Assembly: GCA_043820105.1 (NCBI GenBank) | Contig: JBDREC010000046.1 | Location: forward strand, 8,687 to 72,686 | From: Pseudomonadota bacterium | GTDB lineage: Bacteria > Bdellovibrionota_F > JAHFAK01 > JBDREC01 | Length of the DNA stretch: 64,000 nt | Direction of reading: 5' to 3' | Shown: positions 46,618 through 56,229 of the stretch, piece after piece | How the letters are laid out: every line of letters starts with the position of its first letter | Numbering within the stretch: the first letter of the stretch is position 1 | The notes under the pieces: generated by a model | Database searches by the model: none | Seen by the model: only the letters and a program-made list of their open reading frames with translations | What the model was told of the DNA's origin: nothing | Program-made: the position numbers and the translations under genes

Positions 46618-47727
46618 ATGAAAACTATCAAAGATTCAAATATAAATCTTATTTCAGAAGATAAAAGAAAGAGAGATTTAGAAGAGAGAGTAAAAGAATT
46701 ACATTGCTTGCACGAGCTCTTAGATCTTTTTTACACAAATAAAAACCGCGATGATATTTTAAGCAAGGCTGTTTATATAATAAAGAAAAGTTGGCAATAT
46801 CCTGAATGCACAGAAGTAAGATTGAATTTTAATAATAAAAATTACAAAACAGGCGGTTTTGTTGAAACTGTATGGAGACAAGCAGCTGACATTCTTCTTG
46901 ATAATAAAAAGCTGGGAATCCTTGAGGTTTATTATACAGAGGAAAAACCTAAGGAATATGAAGGTGTTTTTTTAAAAGAAGAAAGGGCCTTGATAAATAG
47001 TATTTCCAGGCAATTTACCTATATGGCACAGCAGATTGAAACAGAAAAAATTATTGCTTCCTATCAAAGGCAATTAAGATCACTTGCCTCAAAACTTTCT
47101 TTAGCTGGAGAAGAAGAAAGAAGAAATATTTCAAATAGTCTTCATGATACTATTTGTCAGGATTTAGCCTTATCAAAAATAAAAATTAATAAAATAAAGA
47201 AATCTCTTGATAAAAATAATATAGATTTTGCTCTTCAGGATGTGTCAGAGCTTATTAATTCTTTATTGAATAAGACACGGGCTTTAATTTTTGATATTAG
47301 TCCACCAATTCTTTATGAACTTGGTTTAGAGGCTTCAATTGAATGGCTAGCTGAAAAAATTCAAAAAGAGCATAATATTCGTACCTCAGTTTATAATGAT
47401 AAAAGAAAAAAAAGACTTGATAAAGATTTAAAAGTATTTTTATTCCAAGCTGTGAGAGAATTATTGATAAATGTGGTCAAACATGCTCAGGCAAAGAATG
47501 TAAAAATAAACATTAACGAGCAAAATGAATTTATTGTAATTGAACTTATTGATGATGGTATAGGAATTGATGATTGTAAGCTTGATACAATAGGGGATGA
47601 AACAGGAGGTTTCGGTCTTTTTAGCATTAAAGAAAGGATTTTTTTATTTAATGGAAGCTTTGAAATATCAGGAACCTTAAATAAAGGCACACAAATAAAA
47701 TTGCTAGCACCTTTAAAACAAAAATGA
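46618..47727 (+). CDS. Cytoplasmic sensor histidine kinase (GAF-like N-domain + HisKA_3 + HATPase)
   Basis: An H-box (SNSLHDTICQDL, NarX/HisKA_3 type) and HATPase motifs (DDGIGID, GGFGL). Confidence 0.8.
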   Translation: MKTIKDSNINLISEDKRKRDLEERVKELHCLHELLDLFYTNKNRDDILSKAVYIIKKSWQYPECTEVRLNFNNKNYKTGGFVETVWRQAADILLDNKKLGILEVYYTEEKPKEYEGVFLKEERALINSISRQFTYMAQQIETEKIIASYQRQLRSLASKLSLAGEEERRNISNSLHDTICQDLALSKIKINKIKKSLDKNNIDFALQDVSELINSLLNKTRALIFDISPPILYELGLEASIEWLAEKIQKEHNIRTSVYNDKRKKRLDKDLKVFLFQAVRELLINVVKHAQAKNVKININEQNEFIVIELIDDGIGIDDCKLDTIGDETGGFGLFSIKERIFLFNGSFEISGTLNKGTQIKLLAPLKQK

Positions 47728-47740
47728 AGTGGAAAAAATA

Positions 47741-48388
47741 ATGAGCAAGAAAATATTGATAGCAGATGATCATAAAATATTACGAGATGGTTTGAAGTCA
47801 TTAATAGAAAATGAGACAAGTTTTCAAGTTGTCGCTGAAGCAAAAGATGGTGAAGAAGCTGTAGAACTTAGTCTTAAGCATAAACCAGAAATTGTCATAA
47901 TTGATATTACCATGCCAAAACTTAATGGAATAAAAGCCGCTGAAATGATTTTGCAAAAGATTAAAGATGTGAAAATTATTGCCTTATCAGTTCATGCTGA
48001 CAAAAGATATGTCTCTCAAATGTTTAAAGTTGGTGCAAAAGGATATTTATTAAAAGATTGTGCTTTTGAAGAACTAATCCAAGCTATACATACTGTTATT
48101 GAAGACAAGGTATATATAAGTCCAGCGGTAGCTGGCGAGGTTGTTGGTGATTATATAAGACATTTAGACAGAGGGAAATCTTCTGTTTTATCCTTGTTAA
48201 CTCAAAGAGAAAGAGAAGTTCTTGAGTTATTGGCAGACGGGAAAAACGCAAAAGAAGTGGCTTTCATGCTTGAAATTAGTGTTAAAACAATCGAAACACA
48301 TCGCAGACAACTTATGGAAAAGTTAAATATTCACAGTATTGCAGAATTAACAAAATATGCAATAAGAGAAGGCATAATCAATCTCTAA
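47741..48388 (+). CDS. NarL/FixJ-family response regulator (REC + LuxR HTH)
   Basis: A receiver domain (ADDH...D...K) and a C-terminal LuxR-type HTH (LTQREREVLELLADGKNAKEVAFMLEISVKTIETHR). The alternative start is 47729. Confidence 0.85.
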   Translation: MSKKILIADDHKILRDGLKSLIENETSFQVVAEAKDGEEAVELSLKHKPEIVIIDITMPKLNGIKAAEMILQKIKDVKIIALSVHADKRYVSQMFKVGAKGYLLKDCAFEELIQAIHTVIEDKVYISPAVAGEVVGDYIRHLDRGKSSVLSLLTQREREVLELLADGKNAKEVAFMLEISVKTIETHRRQLMEKLNIHSIAELTKYAIREGIINL

Positions 48389-48519
48389 TCCAAATCCTTA
48401 GCTATTCATCAGGTTTTATCTTACCCAAAATCATACTTATCCTAATTGTTCAACTATTTTTTATTCTCTATAACAGCTTTCAATTTTAACAAAATTATTA
48501 TTGCTAAGAGGTAAATAGA

Positions 48520-49806
48520 ATGAATGACAAAGCTTTTAGTGCCTTTGAGATGGCTCAAAGACAATTTGATCAGGTTGCAGATCTTTTAGATTTAGATGCG
48601 GCCTCAAGAGATCTATTGCGTAATCCAATGAGAGAATATCATTTTAATATTCCAGTGAAAATGGATGATGGTTCAGTCTCTGTATTCAGAGGATTTAGGG
48701 TTCAACACAATGATGCAAGGGGTCCTGGTAAAGGTGGAATAAGGTTTCATCCCCAAGAGACGATTGATACTGTTAGGGCGCTTTCAATGTGGATGACCTG
48801 GAAATGTGCTTTAGTTGATATTCCTTTGGGTGGTAGTAAGGGAGGCGTGATTTGTGATCCGCATAATTTGAGCTTATCAGAGCAGGAAAGACTTTGCAGG
48901 GGATGGGTTAGACAAATTGCTAGAAATATTGGACCATGTATTGACGTGCCTGCTCCAGATGTTATGACTAATGCACAACATATGCTATGGATGCTTGATG
49001 AGTTTGAAGTTATCCATGGAGGAAAGTTTCCAGGAGTTATCACTGGAAAGCCAGTTGGCCTCGGAGGATCACTTGGCAGAACAGAAGCAACTGGATATGG
49101 TGTAATATTTACAGTAAGAGAAGCTTTAAAAGAACTGGGAATTATGCCTGAAAACACAACAGCCAGTTTTCAGGGTTTTGGAAATGTTTCACAATATGCA
49201 GCAAAACTTTATCAGCAATTGGGTGGAAAAATAATTTCTGTCTCTTGTTGGAATCAGAAAGAGCAGATAGCTTATACTTATAAAAAAATTAAGGGTATTA
49301 ATTTAGAAGATCTTTTGACAATAACAGATCGCTTTGGAGGCATTGATAAAGAAAAAGCATTTGAAAAAGGTTATGAAATCTTGCCAGCTCAAGCCTGGAT
49401 AAGTCAAGATGTTGATATTCTAATCCCAGCTGCCCTTGAGAATCAAATTACAGCTAGCAGTGTTAAAAAAATTAGTGAAAAAGTAAAAATAATTGCAGAA
49501 GGAGCTAATGGTCCTACAACACCTGAAGCAGATGTATTTATTAAAGAAAAAGGTATCTTTTTAATTCCTGATTTTTTAGCAAATGCAGGTGGGGTTACTT
49601 GCAGTTATTTTGAACAGGTGCAAAGTAATATGAATTATTATTGGGAAAAAGATGAAGTTTTAAGCAAGCTGGATCTTAAAATGACCTCTGCATTCAAAGA
49701 AGTGAGCAGGTTATCAAGAAAAAGAAATATATACCAAAGGGATGCAGCCTATATAATAGCTATTAATAATGTTGTTAAAGCTTGTAAGGAAAGAGGTTGG
49801 GTATAA
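48520..49806 (+). CDS. gdhA: Glutamate dehydrogenase (Glu/Leu/Phe/Val dehydrogenase family)
   Basis: The family signature KGGIRFHP...LVDIPLGGSKGGV and a Rossmann domain (GFGNVS). Confidence 0.85.
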   Translation: MNDKAFSAFEMAQRQFDQVADLLDLDAASRDLLRNPMREYHFNIPVKMDDGSVSVFRGFRVQHNDARGPGKGGIRFHPQETIDTVRALSMWMTWKCALVDIPLGGSKGGVICDPHNLSLSEQERLCRGWVRQIARNIGPCIDVPAPDVMTNAQHMLWMLDEFEVIHGGKFPGVITGKPVGLGGSLGRTEATGYGVIFTVREALKELGIMPENTTASFQGFGNVSQYAAKLYQQLGGKIISVSCWNQKEQIAYTYKKIKGINLEDLLTITDRFGGIDKEKAFEKGYEILPAQAWISQDVDILIPAALENQITASSVKKISEKVKIIAEGANGPTTPEADVFIKEKGIFLIPDFLANAGGVTCSYFEQVQSNMNYYWEKDEVLSKLDLKMTSAFKEVSRLSRKRNIYQRDAAYIIAINNVVKACKERGWV

Positions 49807-51566
49807 TGATTGAGAACACCAAGTTTCCACTTCCAAAAACAATCAAAAGATTTCAAAGAGAATTCTTTGAGTCAAAAGATGACTTTACGTATATTGGAAA
49901 TGGATCTTTTGGTGGTAAGGCATTGGGGCTGCTTTTTATTCATGATAAATTAGTGAAATCCTGTGAGAATAATACTGGCTTTGAGAATATTAGGGTAAGT
50001 ATTCCTAAATCTACAATTATTACGACAGAGCTGTTTGATATCTTCATGAAAAGGAATAATCTTTATGATTTATTTTCTAATAAAAATATTTCAGATGAAG
50101 ATATTGTTCTTGAGTTTCAGCAAGCCGAGTTGCCTACGGAACTTTTGGGTGATCTGCGGGCCCTAATTTCAAAAGTTCACAGTCCATTGGCCATTAGATC
50201 ATCAAGTTTGATCGAAGATTCAATAGACGCGCCCTTTGCAGGAATTTATGCAACAAAAATGATTCCTAACAATCAATCTGAAACAACAATGCGCTTTAGA
50301 AAATTATCAGATGCAATTAAGTTTGTGTACGCATCAACATTTTTTAAATCTGCCAAGGACTATATTAGTTCTATAGATTTAAACATTAACAATGAAAAAA
50401 TGGCTGTAATTATTCAAGAGTGTGTTGGAAATTTATATGATGATTATTTTTATCCGAACATATCAGGCGTGGTTCGTTCTTACAATTTTTATGCTTTTGG
50501 TAAGTCAAAACCACAAGATGGAATGGGGAGTTTGGCTTTAGGATTGGGAAAAACTATTGTGGATGGATCCAATAGTTGGAACTATTCACTTACTAATCCT
50601 AAAGCTCCTCCCCCTTATAACTCTATTTCAGACCTTTTAAAGCTTAGTCAGAATAAGTTTTGGGCTGTTGATATGTCAAAACAGACAAAATATGATCCTG
50701 TGAAAGAAACAGAGTTTATGAAATTACTTGAACTTAAAGAAGCCGAGTTTCATGGGAACTTACAGCCCATAGCTTCAACATATGACCCAGCTTCTGATAG
50801 AATAGCCTTTGGAACTCATGTAAATGGTCCAAGGCTTTTAAATTTTACTCAAATATTAGATTTTGAAGAAGTGAAATTAAATAAACTTTTATTACATATT
50901 GTGGATTTATGTAAAGATATGTTCAAAGAAGATGTTGAAATTGAATTTGCACTAAATTTTGATCATAAAAATTATAAAAATGTAAGGTTTGCTTTTTTAC
51001 AAGTCAGACCAATAGCAGTGTCAAATGAAAACACAACAGTTGAGAGTAGTGAGTTATTGCAATCTGATAATTTATTGTCTTCAGATGTTGTGTTGGGAAA
51101 CGGAAGTGATAACAATATTAAAGATATAGTTTTTGTTAAACCTGAAGTTTTTGATAAAAGTAAAACAAGACAAATCGCTAATGAACTTGAACTAATTAAT
51201 AAAGACTGTCTCAGAGAAAATATTAATTATTTATTAATTGGATTTGGTAGGTGGGGAAGTCAAGATGAATGGCTAGGAATACCAGTTGATTGGGGTCAGA
51301 TATCTAAGGCAAAGGTTATTATTGAAGCAACTTTGCCAGCAATAGATGTTGAAATAAGTCAAGGCTCCCATTTTTTTCATAATCTGACTGGCTTTAAAAT
51401 TCCTTATTTTTCTGTAAAGCACAATAGTAAATTCTCAATAGATTGGGATTGGCTTAATTCGCAGAAAATGATAAAAGAAACAAGTTTTTTAAAACATGTT
51501 AGATTAAGCAGGCCCTTAAATGTTAAAGTCGATGGCAAAAAGGGAATTGGTGTAGTGAAAAAATGA
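49806..51566 (+). CDS. PEP/pyruvate-binding (PPDK_N, ATP-grasp-like) domain protein lacking the phosphohistidine and PEP-utilising domains
   Basis: GGKALGL, the VRSSSLIEDS...FAG motif and FLQVRP, all typical of PF01326. The start overlaps the gdh stop (TAATG). The C-terminal ~180 aa is paralogous to the next gene. Confidence 0.7.
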   Translation: MIENTKFPLPKTIKRFQREFFESKDDFTYIGNGSFGGKALGLLFIHDKLVKSCENNTGFENIRVSIPKSTIITTELFDIFMKRNNLYDLFSNKNISDEDIVLEFQQAELPTELLGDLRALISKVHSPLAIRSSSLIEDSIDAPFAGIYATKMIPNNQSETTMRFRKLSDAIKFVYASTFFKSAKDYISSIDLNINNEKMAVIIQECVGNLYDDYFYPNISGVVRSYNFYAFGKSKPQDGMGSLALGLGKTIVDGSNSWNYSLTNPKAPPPYNSISDLLKLSQNKFWAVDMSKQTKYDPVKETEFMKLLELKEAEFHGNLQPIASTYDPASDRIAFGTHVNGPRLLNFTQILDFEEVKLNKLLLHIVDLCKDMFKEDVEIEFALNFDHKNYKNVRFAFLQVRPIAVSNENTTVESSELLQSDNLLSSDVVLGNGSDNNIKDIVFVKPEVFDKSKTRQIANELELINKDCLRENINYLLIGFGRWGSQDEWLGIPVDWGQISKAKVIIEATLPAIDVEISQGSHFFHNLTGFKIPYFSVKHNSKFSIDWDWLNSQKMIKETSFLKHVRLSRPLNVKVDGKKGIGVVKK

Positions 51567-54500
51567 AAAAGGATAGCAAAGCTATAAAAGATAAGACATT
51601 TTACAATGAGCTTAATGAAAGAACAAAAGAGCTGAATTGTCTTTATGAACTTGATAAAATACTGGAAATTATAGGTCTTGATAGTCTTGTTTTATTTGAA
51701 AAATTGATGCCTATTATTAAGTGTGCCTGGCGATATTCTGAAATATGTTGTATAAAAGCCATGTTTCGAAAAAAAGAATTTTATTCTGATGAATTTACTG
51801 AAACTCCATGGGTACAAAGTTCTAACATCTTTATTCAAGGGGAAAAAGTAGGACAAATAGATGTTTATTATTTGGAAGAAAAAGAAGATGTTGGGGAAGG
51901 ATGTTTTTTACCTGAAGAGAGAAAACTATTAAATACCATAGCAGATCGAGTTGGGAAATATTTTTACTATGAGGAGCTTCGCAGAAATTATTTGAAAATG
52001 CAGGAGCTTAAGCAAGAGCCTACAGAGTTAAAAGATGAAAAATGGAAAGTTATTTTAAGCATGATATCAAGGACTGATGCAAATCTCCTTGCTTTGATTG
52101 TTAAGAAGATGCTTTATAGATTATGTTGGGCTGGTAATATAGAAGCTCAGTCAATGATGCAGGAATATGGTCATGATTTAGCAGAAACACAAGAAGGGTC
52201 TATTATTGATGCTAATAGACCAATCAAAAAAAAGAAAAATGAATCACTCATTGATCTGAGAAATAAAATATTTAATATTGCTTCTGAAGTTTATAGTGAT
52301 GAAGCAATTATAGATTTAATTGAAAAATGGATGAAGGAAAATAATGTTAGCTTTCTTGTGAGAACTTTAGAAAGTAATAGTACTTCTTTTGCAGAAATAT
52401 CAGAAGCCATCTCAAAATATCAGCATTTAACTCCTGGAGATGCAAAAATATCAGGTGTTACCAAGAAAAGTCTTTTAGTGCTTTTAACCAGGAGATTTTT
52501 AACTGAAAATTTACGGTTTACAAATATTGCAAAACAGTATTTGGAAATAAAAGATTTTTATAAATTATTTCAGCATACTATTGCTCCTTTTGACAGTCAT
52601 GGAAAATTGGGTGGGAAAAGTTCTGGTCTTTTTCTTGCATCATCTATTATAAAAAGAAAAGCAAAAGATCTTAATATCCAGATAAAAGTTCCTAAGACCT
52701 GGTTTGTATCTTCAGATACAATTTATAGTTTTATTCATTATAATAATTTGGGTGATATAATTGAACAAAAATATAAAACTATTAATCAAATCAGATCCGA
52801 ATATCCACATATTGTTCACGTTTTTAAAAACGCTTCTTTTCCTTCTGAGATTATAAGTGGTTTATCCTCAGCTTTAGATGATTTTGGGAATAAACCCATT
52901 ATTGTCAGAAGTTCATCTTTATTAGAGGATAATTTTGATACATCTTTTGCTGGAAAATATAAAAGTTTATTTTTAGCTAACCAGGGGACAAAAGAAGAAA
53001 GGCTTGAAGCCTTGATGGATGGTATTGCAGAGATATTTGCATCTACTTTTGCCCCTGATCCAATTTCTTATAGAATAGAAAAAAATCTTCTGGATTTTAA
53101 AGAAGAGATGGGTATTTTAATTCAAGAAGTAGTTGGTAAAAAGACTGGAAAATATTTTTTTCCAGCTTTTGCTGGAGTTGCCTTTTGTAATAATGAATTT
53201 AGGTGGTCAAAAAGAATAAAAAAGGATGATGGGCTTTTAAGGATAGTTCCTGGTTTGGGAACAAGGGCTGTTGATAGATTAAGTGATGACTATCCAATTT
53301 TAATAGCGCCAGGTCAGCCAAATTTAAGAGTTAATACAATTCCCAAAGAAATTTGCAAATATTCTCCACAAAAAATTGATGTTATTAATTTAGAATCAAA
53401 TGAATTTCAAACTGTTGAGATTGAAAAAATATTAAAAGAAATCGACTATGATTATCCACAAATAAATAATGTTATGTCTATATATGATGGAGATTCTCTA
53501 AGAATTCCAGCACCATTTGAATTAGATTTTAAAGAAAATACCAAGGATCTTGTTGTTACTTTTGAAGGAATGTTTAGCAAAACAACATTTATTAATGATG
53601 TTAAAAAAATATTAGATGAATTGAAAAGTGTTTTAAAAACACCTGTAGATATTGAGTTTGCCTTTGATGAAAATGATTTTTATCTCTTGCAATGTCGACC
53701 ACAAAGCTATTCTATTGAGAATAAACCTCAGCCAATACCAAAAAACATTGAAGCTAAAGATTGTTTATTTACAGCACATAAGTATATTTCAAATGGATAT
53801 GTGCCTGATATTAGCCATATTGTTTATGTTGATCCTTTGAACTATGCTACTATAAAAGAACATTCAGAATTATTCAGAATTGGCAAAGTTGTTGGAAAAT
53901 TAAATAAATTATTACCAAAAAGAAAATTTATTTTAATGGGTCCTGGAAGGTGGGGAAGTAGGGGAGATATCACTTTGGGTGTCAATGTAACTTATGCTGA
54001 TATTAACAATACTTCTGTTTTAATAGAAGTGGCCAGAAAAAAAGGCAATTATGTTCCAGATCTGTCATTTGGAACGCATTTTTTTCAAGATCTGGTAGAG
54101 TCTAATATCAGATATATTCCACTATACCCAGATGAAGGGACTTGTGTTTTTAATGAAAACTTTCTTAACAATAAAAAGAACCTTTTATCAGAAATCTTAC
54201 CAAAATATGGCTATCTAAAAGACGTAATTAAGGTTATTGATGTACCGCATTCAACTGACGGGAAAATATTAAAAATATTAATGAACTCTGATCTAAACGA
54301 AGCTTTAGCCTATTTTTCAAAACCATCAATGAGCACAGAAGTAGAAGAAGAAGTATATACGCCAGATACCAAAGAAACACAGCCAGATGAATGGAATTGG
54401 AGAATGTTAATGGCCAACAAATTGGCATCAGAGCTTGATTCAAGAAAATACGGTGTAAAGAACATTTATGTATTTGGAAGCACTAAATCAGGGACTGCAC

Positions 54501-54748
54501 AAATGGGTAGCGATATTGATCTTCTGGTTCACTTTAATGGTAGCAAAAGCCAAAGAATAGAACTTATGCATTGGTTTGATGGTTGGAGCAAGGCCCTTGA
54601 TGTAATGAATTATTTAAAGACAGGATATAAGTCTGAGGGATTATTAGATGTTCATTTTATAACAGATGAAGACATTAAGAATAAGACAAGTTTTGCTGTG
54701 AAGATTGGTGCTGTAACAGATGCTGCCAAGCCTTTAAAGATGAAGTAA
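51563..54748 (+). CDS. Multidomain protein: GAF-like sensor + PPDK_N ATP-grasp-like domain + C-terminal pol-beta-superfamily nucleotidyltransferase
   Basis: The N-terminal ~130 aa is homologous to the HK N-terminus at 46618. The central part has GGKSSGL ... IVRSSSLLEDNFDTSFAG ... LLQCRP. The C-terminus carries the minimal NTase motif FGSTKSGTAQMGSDIDLLV. The ATGA overlap with the previous gene suggests coupling. Confidence 0.7.
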   Translation: MKKDSKAIKDKTFYNELNERTKELNCLYELDKILEIIGLDSLVLFEKLMPIIKCAWRYSEICCIKAMFRKKEFYSDEFTETPWVQSSNIFIQGEKVGQIDVYYLEEKEDVGEGCFLPEERKLLNTIADRVGKYFYYEELRRNYLKMQELKQEPTELKDEKWKVILSMISRTDANLLALIVKKMLYRLCWAGNIEAQSMMQEYGHDLAETQEGSIIDANRPIKKKKNESLIDLRNKIFNIASEVYSDEAIIDLIEKWMKENNVSFLVRTLESNSTSFAEISEAISKYQHLTPGDAKISGVTKKSLLVLLTRRFLTENLRFTNIAKQYLEIKDFYKLFQHTIAPFDSHGKLGGKSSGLFLASSIIKRKAKDLNIQIKVPKTWFVSSDTIYSFIHYNNLGDIIEQKYKTINQIRSEYPHIVHVFKNASFPSEIISGLSSALDDFGNKPIIVRSSSLLEDNFDTSFAGKYKSLFLANQGTKEERLEALMDGIAEIFASTFAPDPISYRIEKNLLDFKEEMGILIQEVVGKKTGKYFFPAFAGVAFCNNEFRWSKRIKKDDGLLRIVPGLGTRAVDRLSDDYPILIAPGQPNLRVNTIPKEICKYSPQKIDVINLESNEFQTVEIEKILKEIDYDYPQINNVMSIYDGDSLRIPAPFELDFKENTKDLVVTFEGMFSKTTFINDVKKILDELKSVLKTPVDIEFAFDENDFYLLQCRPQSYSIENKPQPIPKNIEAKDCLFTAHKYISNGYVPDISHIVYVDPLNYATIKEHSELFRIGKVVGKLNKLLPKRKFILMGPGRWGSRGDITLGVNVTYADINNTSVLIEVARKKGNYVPDLSFGTHFFQDLVESNIRYIPLYPDEGTCVFNENFLNNKKNLLSEILPKYGYLKDVIKVIDVPHSTDGKILKILMNSDLNEALAYFSKPSMSTEVEEEVYTPDTKETQPDEWNWRMLMANKLASELDSRKYGVKNIYVFGSTKSGTAQMGSDIDLLVHFNGSKSQRIELMHWFDGWSKALDVMNYLKTGYKSEGLLDVHFITDEDIKNKTSFAVKIGAVTDAAKPLKMK

Positions 54749-54750
54749 TA

Positions 54751-55623
54751 TTAGATGAGAATTCTTTTAGCTTGATCAAGCTTATCTAAGTTAAATTCAA
54801 CAATAGCGAGTTCCTTGCCATTATGTGCAGCTGAGAAACAGTGGGTTTCATTAATTTTATCTTTCCATGACTTTGTTATACTTGCTGATTCATGGATGTG
54901 TCCATGAAGAGTTAATAATGGTTTGTTATTTTCAATAAATCTTCTTATTGCAATGCTACCTACATGAACATCAAGCTGCACATGGTCTATCATTTTTCCA
55001 TCAAGTGCAGCATAATCAAGGTTTGTGTTGTGAGGAGGAGCATGAAATAAAAATATTGAATTTATAAATTTATCACCCTTTGTTAGGATTTCCAGATCAT
55101 TAGAAATCGTAGAATGTTTAATAATATTTTCTGGAATTTTTTCTGATCTATAACCTTCATAGGGATGAATACAGCCTGGGTCAACATATTGACTAACATC
55201 ATATTTTTCCCAATCTTTAAAAAGAAATGGAGTAGGTGGTATATATGAATATCCGAATATATTATAATTATAAAGTTGGGTTTTTTTAAAATGAATATAA
55301 TTCCAAAGCCCTTTTTTTTCAGCTTCTATTAAATGAACTTCATTTATTTTTGGGTCATCATTTCCGAGTATTAAATATATTTTGGGATATTGTTTTTTTA
55401 GCTTTTTCCTGAGAATAAATAACTGAGGACTTAGAAAATCGTTTATAAAATTATCGTAATTTTTGTGATTATTGTTTGTTAAGCAACTAAAGGCAGATGG
55501 TAATATATCACCTCCAACAAAAATGATTTCAGGAGTTTTTTTTATGATATACTTAAAAAGTTTGTTATATTTTACTATATCTCCATGTAGGTCTGTCACA
55601 AAAAAACATTTTGTTTGGTTCAT
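54751..55623 (-). CDS. Calcineurin-like metallophosphoesterase
   Basis: The motif series DLHGD, GGD, GNDD and GHIHE is present. Confidence 0.75.
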   Translation of the reverse strand: MNQTKCFFVTDLHGDIVKYNKLFKYIIKKTPEIIFVGGDILPSAFSCLTNNNHKNYDNFINDFLSPQLFILRKKLKKQYPKIYLILGNDDPKINEVHLIEAEKKGLWNYIHFKKTQLYNYNIFGYSYIPPTPFLFKDWEKYDVSQYVDPGCIHPYEGYRSEKIPENIIKHSTISNDLEILTKGDKFINSIFLFHAPPHNTNLDYAALDGKMIDHVQLDVHVGSIAIRRFIENNKPLLTLHGHIHESASITKSWKDKINETHCFSAAHNGKELAIVEFNLDKLDQAKRILI

Positions 55624-55796
55624 AGTTATCCACTAGGGGTTTAGAAAAAATTATTAATACAATTAAATATTAATTTTAGTGATAATAATCAAGATTAGAA
55701 ATATCTATGCACAATAAACATTATGATAGATTTCTAAGTTAACTAAACAGCGCTATTAGTGATTAAGTGATGCTTGCTTTTTCTGGTTTTTTACAA

Positions 55797-56078
55797 TTAC
55801 CCAAAAAACTTTAGAAAAATAATATAAAAAAATAGTAAAACAATAGCACCCAACCAGGTGATTAATAAAGCTCCACCAAGTTTTACAAAAATGTTGGACT
55901 TTTTAAAGTCAAAGGCTTGAAGACCACCAGCCATTTTTCCATATTTACCTCCTTTTGAAGGAGTGGAAGCTAGACTAAGAGAAAAACCACAGCTCGGGCA
56001 ATTTTTTTTTCGATTGGAAAATTCTTCACCACAGCTAGGGCAGCCTGATTTATTAGGATTAGAAGTATTTTCAGACAT
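55797..56078 (-). CDS. Small zinc-ribbon membrane protein (hypothetical)
   Basis: CPSCG...CPSCG followed by a C-terminal TM helix. Confidence 0.4.
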   Translation of the reverse strand: MSENTSNPNKSGCPSCGEEFSNRKKNCPSCGFSLSLASTPSKGGKYGKMAGGLQAFDFKKSNIFVKLGGALLITWLGAIVLLFFYIIFLKFFG

Positions 56079-56229
56079 TGTTTTTTAGTAAAAAGTTGAT
56101 AAATATTTGTTCTTTAATAGTAGTTTATTATAAAATAGTCAAATAATTGATTTATATATTTGAGAGAGACCTTGATTCTTTTTATTAAAATTGATAAAGA
56201 TTTTCTTTCAATATCTTGTGGGGAATAAA

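Noticed and set aside
51245-51300. C-terminal GRWGS...LGIP segment as a PEP-utilising phosphohistidine swivel domain
   Set aside because: It superficially resembles GGRTSHAAI...ELGIP, but the catalytic His is absent in both paralogs. I treat it as a divergent domain of unknown function.
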